This document shows, one piece after another, positions 7,461 through 11,724 of a stretch of 11,724 bases of DNA. Under the pieces are notes generated by a model. The model was not told the origin of the DNA, made no database searches, and worked only from the letters and a program-made list of their open reading frames with translations. The stretch lies in the NCBI GenBank assembly GCA_964534375.1, contig CAZHPN010000181.1, positions 1 to 11,724 on the forward strand, in the 5' to 3' direction. How positions within the stretch are numbered: position 1 is the first letter of the stretch; each line of letters starts with the position of its first letter. A program made the position numbers and the translations under genes. The DNA is from an uncultured bacterium. Lineage in GTDB: Bacteria > Lernaellota > Lernaellaia > Lernaellales > Lernaellaceae.

Positions 7461-7524
7461 CGCCGTGCGCAACAGGGATCGAACAAAGAAAATGCTGCGG
7501 CAGCCGGTCCTTCAGGAGGAGCCG

Positions 7525-9192
7525 ATGGAGAGTTCTCGCTTGTCCTGGGCTTTCTTTTTGATCGCCCTCGCTGCCATTATTTTTTTATTCTCGTGCTCGT
7601 CCGGCAGCGGCAACGGCCTTAGCGCCGCCCGCGTCGCGGACGACGACGACGCCAGCCCTGCCGACGACGACAACGACGCAACGGACGACGATTCCTCCGC
7701 AGATGACGACGACAACGACAACGACGACTTCACGCCCCACTGGTCGGTGATCGCGACCGGGCAAGCCGGCTATCTGTATTCTGGCGTTTGGGGCAGCTCC
7801 GCTTCCGACGTGTACGTCGTCGGCAGCGAGGGGTTGATTCTGCACTACGATGGCGCGACGTGGTCGACGACGACGGTCTCAACGACTTATTGGCTGCATA
7901 CTGTCTGGGGAACTTCCTCCTCGGACGTCTTTGCGACCGGCAACATCTCGGCCGCCAATCCGCTCGGCGTAATTTTGCACTACGACGGCCACGCTTGGTC
8001 GGACATGACCAGCGAGACGGCCTCGACGTGGCCCGGACTTTGGGGAACCTCCGGTTCGGATGTTTTCGCGGCCGGCGGACCCAACCTCAACCTGGGCGTC
8101 ATCATGCACTACGATGGTTTTTCGTGGTCCACGATCGACGGCGACGCGGCGGCCTATATGTATGCCATCTGGGGCGCTTCGGACACGGAGATGTTTGCCG
8201 CCGGCCCCATGATCCTTTACGGCGACGGCTCCTCGTGGACCTGGATGAACACGCCCGTCGCGGGCGAGTACAACGGCATTTGGGGAACCTCGGCGTCGGA
8301 TGTGTTCGCCGTGGGTTCCGCGGTGAACAGCGAGCAACAACAAACCGGCGCCGTCTTGCATTACGACGGCGTCGCGTGGTCGGCCACGGACTCGGGGTGG
8401 ACGGAGTCTTGGTTGTGGGGCGTTTGGGGCAGTTCGGGGGCGGATGTTTTCGCCGTGGGCGACGCCGCGACGATCCTGCACTACGACGGCGCCGTGTGGT
8501 CGCCGATGGACGCCGGCGGCGCCACGACGACGACGACGCTGGCCGCCGTTTGGGGCAGTTCCTTCGACAACGTGTACGCCGTCGGATATGACCGGGGGGA
8601 CGGCTCCCACGGCGTGATTTTGCATTACGGCGACGACGACGATGACAATGACGACAACGACGATGACAATGATGACGACAATGACGACAACGACGACAAT
8701 GACGACGACGCCACGCCGCCCCTCGGTTATGACGACGGCGATACGATGCCGGATTTCACCTTGATCTCGAACAGCGGCTCGCCGGTTTCGTTGTCCGCTT
8801 ACCGGGGCCGGATCGTGCTGCTCGATTCGTCGGCGATGTGGTGCCTCTATTGCCGTTACGAAACGCCGTTGCTCGAAACGCAGTTTTACCAGCCTTATCA
8901 GAATCAAGGTCCGGGCTTGATGGTGCTGCAACTGCTTGGGCAGGACTACAACTACGCCACGCCGACGGTCGCGGAACTGCAAGCTTGGGCGACCACGTAT
9001 GGCCTCGCCTTCCCCGTGCTGGCCGATCCGAACTTCCAGGTCGGCGGCCAGATCAACGACGGCGGCATCCCGTTCTTCTGGGTTCTCGACGCAAATATGG
9101 TGATCGTCGCGAAGTCGGACGACGGCGGCAATTATCACGATTTGTCGTATTTCGGCCCGATCGTGCGCCAGTTGCTCGGGCTCGGCGAATAA
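7525..9192 (+). CDS. Lipoprotein: Asp-rich linker, seven-repeat beta-propeller-like domain, Asp/Asn linker, TlpA/redoxin-like thioredoxin domain; 555 aa
   Basis: AGGAGG SD plus ATG at 7525; signal peptide MESSRLSWAFFLIALAAIIFLFS-C; seven WG(S/T)S.SDVFAVG..ILHYDG..W repeats; C-terminal GDTMPDFTL..VSLSAYRGRIVLLDSSAMWCLYC (CxxC at 8842-8853), FPVLAD and GIP. Confidence 0.88.
   Translation: MESSRLSWAFFLIALAAIIFLFSCSSGSGNGLSAARVADDDDASPADDDNDATDDDSSADDDDNDNDDFTPHWSVIATGQAGYLYSGVWGSSASDVYVVGSEGLILHYDGATWSTTTVSTTYWLHTVWGTSSSDVFATGNISAANPLGVILHYDGHAWSDMTSETASTWPGLWGTSGSDVFAAGGPNLNLGVIMHYDGFSWSTIDGDAAAYMYAIWGASDTEMFAAGPMILYGDGSSWTWMNTPVAGEYNGIWGTSASDVFAVGSAVNSEQQQTGAVLHYDGVAWSATDSGWTESWLWGVWGSSGADVFAVGDAATILHYDGAVWSPMDAGGATTTTTLAAVWGSSFDNVYAVGYDRGDGSHGVILHYGDDDDDNDDNDDDNDDDNDDNDDNDDDATPPLGYDDGDTMPDFTLISNSGSPVSLSAYRGRIVLLDSSAMWCLYCRYETPLLETQFYQPYQNQGPGLMVLQLLGQDYNYATPTVAELQAWATTYGLAFPVLADPNFQVGGQINDGGIPFFWVLDANMVIVAKSDDGGNYHDLSYFGPIVRQLLGLGE
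8632..8709 (+). repeat. 26-codon Asp/Asn tract linking the propeller and thioredoxin-like domains
   Basis: Reads DDDDDNDDNDDDNDDDNDDNDDNDDD. A second, interrupted Asp-rich tract lies at 7639-7728. Confidence 0.9.
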
Positions 9193-9356
9193 TCGGCGCG
9201 CGCCGCGATCCTTGCGGATTACGGAGAAATTCGACGGCCTTCCCGCCGCCAAAGCCCCGCGGCGCTGGACAAAGAAGAGAAGTTCGCGTCAAATCGACGG
9301 GCCGCGCCGGCGGCGGTCAGGCGCTCCGGCCGAGAATCTGCGCGTGAGTGGCAGCG

Positions 9357-11495
9357 ATGGCGAAGTCCGACATTTCTCCGCCGGTGGCCGTGACGGGAAA
9401 GCGCCTCGGCGCGGACCGTGAAGCCCTGTTTTTGGCGGGCGCGGCGCTCGCGGTTTTCGTCGTCTACGCCTTTCGGATCAGCCATTATTCCGGCATCGAC
9501 GCCGAACAAGTGCGCAACGGCCAACTGACGCTGGGTTTTCTCGACGGCTTCACCGCGTCGCCGCTTTATTATCTTTACGGACGCAGCCACGGCCCGCTGT
9601 TTTACGGCCTGGCGCTGACGCCGGTTTATGATCTGTTCGGCTCGAGTTACCTCTGGATCAAATTGCTCGGCTTTTTGTTTTTCGCGGGCGGCGTCGCGGT
9701 CTGGGCGCTGCTGCTGCGCCGCTGCTGGGGCTTCGCGCCGGCCTTGCTCTTTCTGCTGTGGTTGGCGCTGCCGCCGCCGTTTTTCGAAGAGGTTTCGCAC
9801 GTCACCTGCGGCAACCATATGGAAAGCGTCTTCTTCGCCGGCGTATCGCTGTACTTTTTTCTCAGCCTCGATATGTACGGCACGTCGTTCGCCAAATGGG
9901 CGCGGTTCGGACTGTGGGTCGGCTTCGCGACATTTTTCTGCATGCAAATCGCGGCCGTCGCCGCGGCGTTGGCGGCGGCGATGGTCTGGCGGTGGCGCAA
10001 AGCCGGGTTGCAAAAACTGCTCTGGCCGGTCGCGCCGGCGTTTCTGCTCGCCTTTTCGCCGCACTGGATCTTCCGCGTTTATTGGCCGCTGTCGACCGAC
10101 TACATCGCCTTCTCGACCGACGCGCTCGCCCGTTGGCGCAACCTGTTTTTCGACTTGCTGCCGCTGCTGCCCGGATACGGCCGCCGCGTCGGGCCGGCGC
10201 TCTCGGCGGCGTTGATGATCGCGGCCGCGGCCGGGCTCGCGCTCGCGTTGCGCGACACCGGCAAAACCGCAGCCGAACGCGGCGCGCTGCCGAAGCAGGT
10301 GTGGCTGGTGCGCGTCCTGGCGCTGTATCTGCTCGCCTATTTCGCCGCCGTCGGCTTCAGCACGATGCCCTTCGGCGCGATCACGCATTTTTACGATTTG
10401 CGTTATCTGCTGCCGCCGTTCCCCGTTTTCGTTGCGTTCGCCTGCTACTTGGTCAGCCGTCTGCCGAAGGCCGCCGCGGCCGCGATCCTGATGGCGTTCG
10501 CCGCGGCGGGCGGGGCCGCGCTGGCGCTGGACCTGCCGCACGATCTCGCCCATTGGCGCGCGGGTTGGCAGGAACTGCGGCAGACCCGCGGCGACGATTA
10601 CGAGAACTTCATCAATCTCAACTTGCCGCCCAGTTGGAACGGGAACTTGGACAAGGCGTTGAAGTCCGTGGCGCGTCTGCCCGGCGGCTGGCAGGAAGAG
10701 GGTTACGCGTGCGCCGGCCGGGAATTGGGCGGCGCCGCGCTCGATCGGTTGCGCGACGGCGCGCCCGGGCTCGCCCCGGCGGCGCGAACGGCCTTGTTTC
10801 GCGGTCTGGGCATGGCGGCGGCCCACTGGATCGGCTCGGACTCGCCGGAGTTGGCGCAGTTGAACGGACCCGGATTGACTGTGTTGGAGAACGCGACCGA
10901 CGCGGAGGCCGACGCCTTTGCGCAGGGGTTCGGCTATCAGAATATATTCGAATGGTCGCCGCGCGGTTTTCTGACGACGATCGACAAGGTCGAAACGCTC
11001 GACGCGGACGGCCAACTTGCGGCCTGGTATGCGGCCTATCCGCCGGCGGCCCCGCGCCGATTGGCCTGCGCCGGCGTGATTCAGCGGCTGGGCCGGCGCG
11101 ATCCGGCGAAAAATCTCGCCGCGTTCATGCAGGGCGTGGGCCGTTGGTGCGGCTTTTACTTCCGCGCGGACCAGACGAAGCACGTGCAGCTTTATCCGAA
11201 AATCTGGGGAAAATACCTCGAAATCGCGCCGACTGACGAGGCGACCGCAGCGATGGAACGCGGTCTCGCCGAGGGGCAGGCGCTTTATTTGCTGTCGTTC
11301 CGCAACCGCTTTGCCGACGCGCCGCCGCTGCGGAACCTGGCGTTGACGCGCGCGGAACTGGCGCGCCGCGGCGTCACGTTGCGGCAAGTTGCAACGCATC
11401 CGGACGAATACGTCTTGGTGAAAGAGAAAAACTACTACGCGCGAACGCTGCCGCCCGGCGCGGACGCGGCTGCGGGGCCTGCGTCAGGAAAGTAG
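9357..11495 (+). CDS. Multi-pass membrane protein, probable GT-C glycosyltransferase (ArnT/PMT-like) with a soluble C-terminal domain
   Basis: First TM followed by acidic DAE, then YYLYGRSHGPLFYGLALTPVYDLFGSSYLWIKL (typical of the GT-C first loop); about 10 further hydrophobic segments; RYLLP motif; hydrophilic helical last ~320 aa. Start is uncertain: ATG 9357 or GTG 9348. Confidence 0.65.
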   Translation: MAKSDISPPVAVTGKRLGADREALFLAGAALAVFVVYAFRISHYSGIDAEQVRNGQLTLGFLDGFTASPLYYLYGRSHGPLFYGLALTPVYDLFGSSYLWIKLLGFLFFAGGVAVWALLLRRCWGFAPALLFLLWLALPPPFFEEVSHVTCGNHMESVFFAGVSLYFFLSLDMYGTSFAKWARFGLWVGFATFFCMQIAAVAAALAAAMVWRWRKAGLQKLLWPVAPAFLLAFSPHWIFRVYWPLSTDYIAFSTDALARWRNLFFDLLPLLPGYGRRVGPALSAALMIAAAAGLALALRDTGKTAAERGALPKQVWLVRVLALYLLAYFAAVGFSTMPFGAITHFYDLRYLLPPFPVFVAFACYLVSRLPKAAAAAILMAFAAAGGAALALDLPHDLAHWRAGWQELRQTRGDDYENFINLNLPPSWNGNLDKALKSVARLPGGWQEEGYACAGRELGGAALDRLRDGAPGLAPAARTALFRGLGMAAAHWIGSDSPELAQLNGPGLTVLENATDAEADAFAQGFGYQNIFEWSPRGFLTTIDKVETLDADGQLAAWYAAYPPAAPRRLACAGVIQRLGRRDPAKNLAAFMQGVGRWCGFYFRADQTKHVQLYPKIWGKYLEIAPTDEATAAMERGLAEGQALYLLSFRNRFADAPPLRNLALTRAELARRGVTLRQVATHPDEYVLVKEKNYYARTLPPGADAAAGPASGK

Positions 11496-11724
11496 GTTTC
11501 CGTGAATTCCCAACGGAATCGAGGCCGGTGTGCAGTATGCAGCGCTGCAATCAAGATTTTTTCTTCCAAATTCGCGGAATCACGCCTTCGCAAATAAGAC
11601 CTCGGGGCATTGCGCGACCCCGCCCCGGCCACGCTCGAAGCGTGGCCCGCCCCTCCCCGCGACGGGGCGTAGGCTTTAGGATTAAGAGCGGCGATGCTTC
11701 AAATGGCGCAGAATTGCGCTCTTT

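Noticed and set aside
7141..7524. N-terminal extension of the 683-aa track ORF
   Set aside because: It overlaps the divergent gene start; the SD, promoter and signal peptide all point to ATG 7525.
7879..11399. Long ORFs 7879-9252 (-), 9219-11399 (-) and 9758-11236 (+)
   Set aside because: Shadows of the lipoprotein and GT-C genes caused by GC3 bias.

Overview
GC-rich bacterial window. Left to right: (1) the 3' end of a plus-strand gene missing from the ORF track, resembling the C-terminus of RAYT-like Y1 tyrosine transposases, followed by six tandem 13-mers; (2) an orphan PhoR-type sensor kinase (-); (3) a divergent SDR-fold protein lacking its catalytic YxxxK (+); (4) a lone, intact phage/satellite-type Zn-finger-TOPRIM-D5/SF3 primase-helicase (-), with a 26-bp iteron-like inverted repeat 14 bp past its stop, perfect IHF consensus sites on both flanks, an operator-like palindrome over its putative promoter, and no integrase or other phage gene in the window; (5) two divergent Asp/Asn-rich lipoprotein genes with seven WG..DVFAVG..ILHYDG..W repeats each, circularly permuted relative to one another, one frameshifted right after its lipobox and the other fused to a TlpA-like WCLYC domain; (6) a GT-C-like membrane glycosyltransferase (+). 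No rRNA, tRNA or CRISPR array was seen. The best candidate for an undescribed system is the stand-alone origin plus primase-helicase cassette. All family calls come from motif recognition by eye; no database searches were run.
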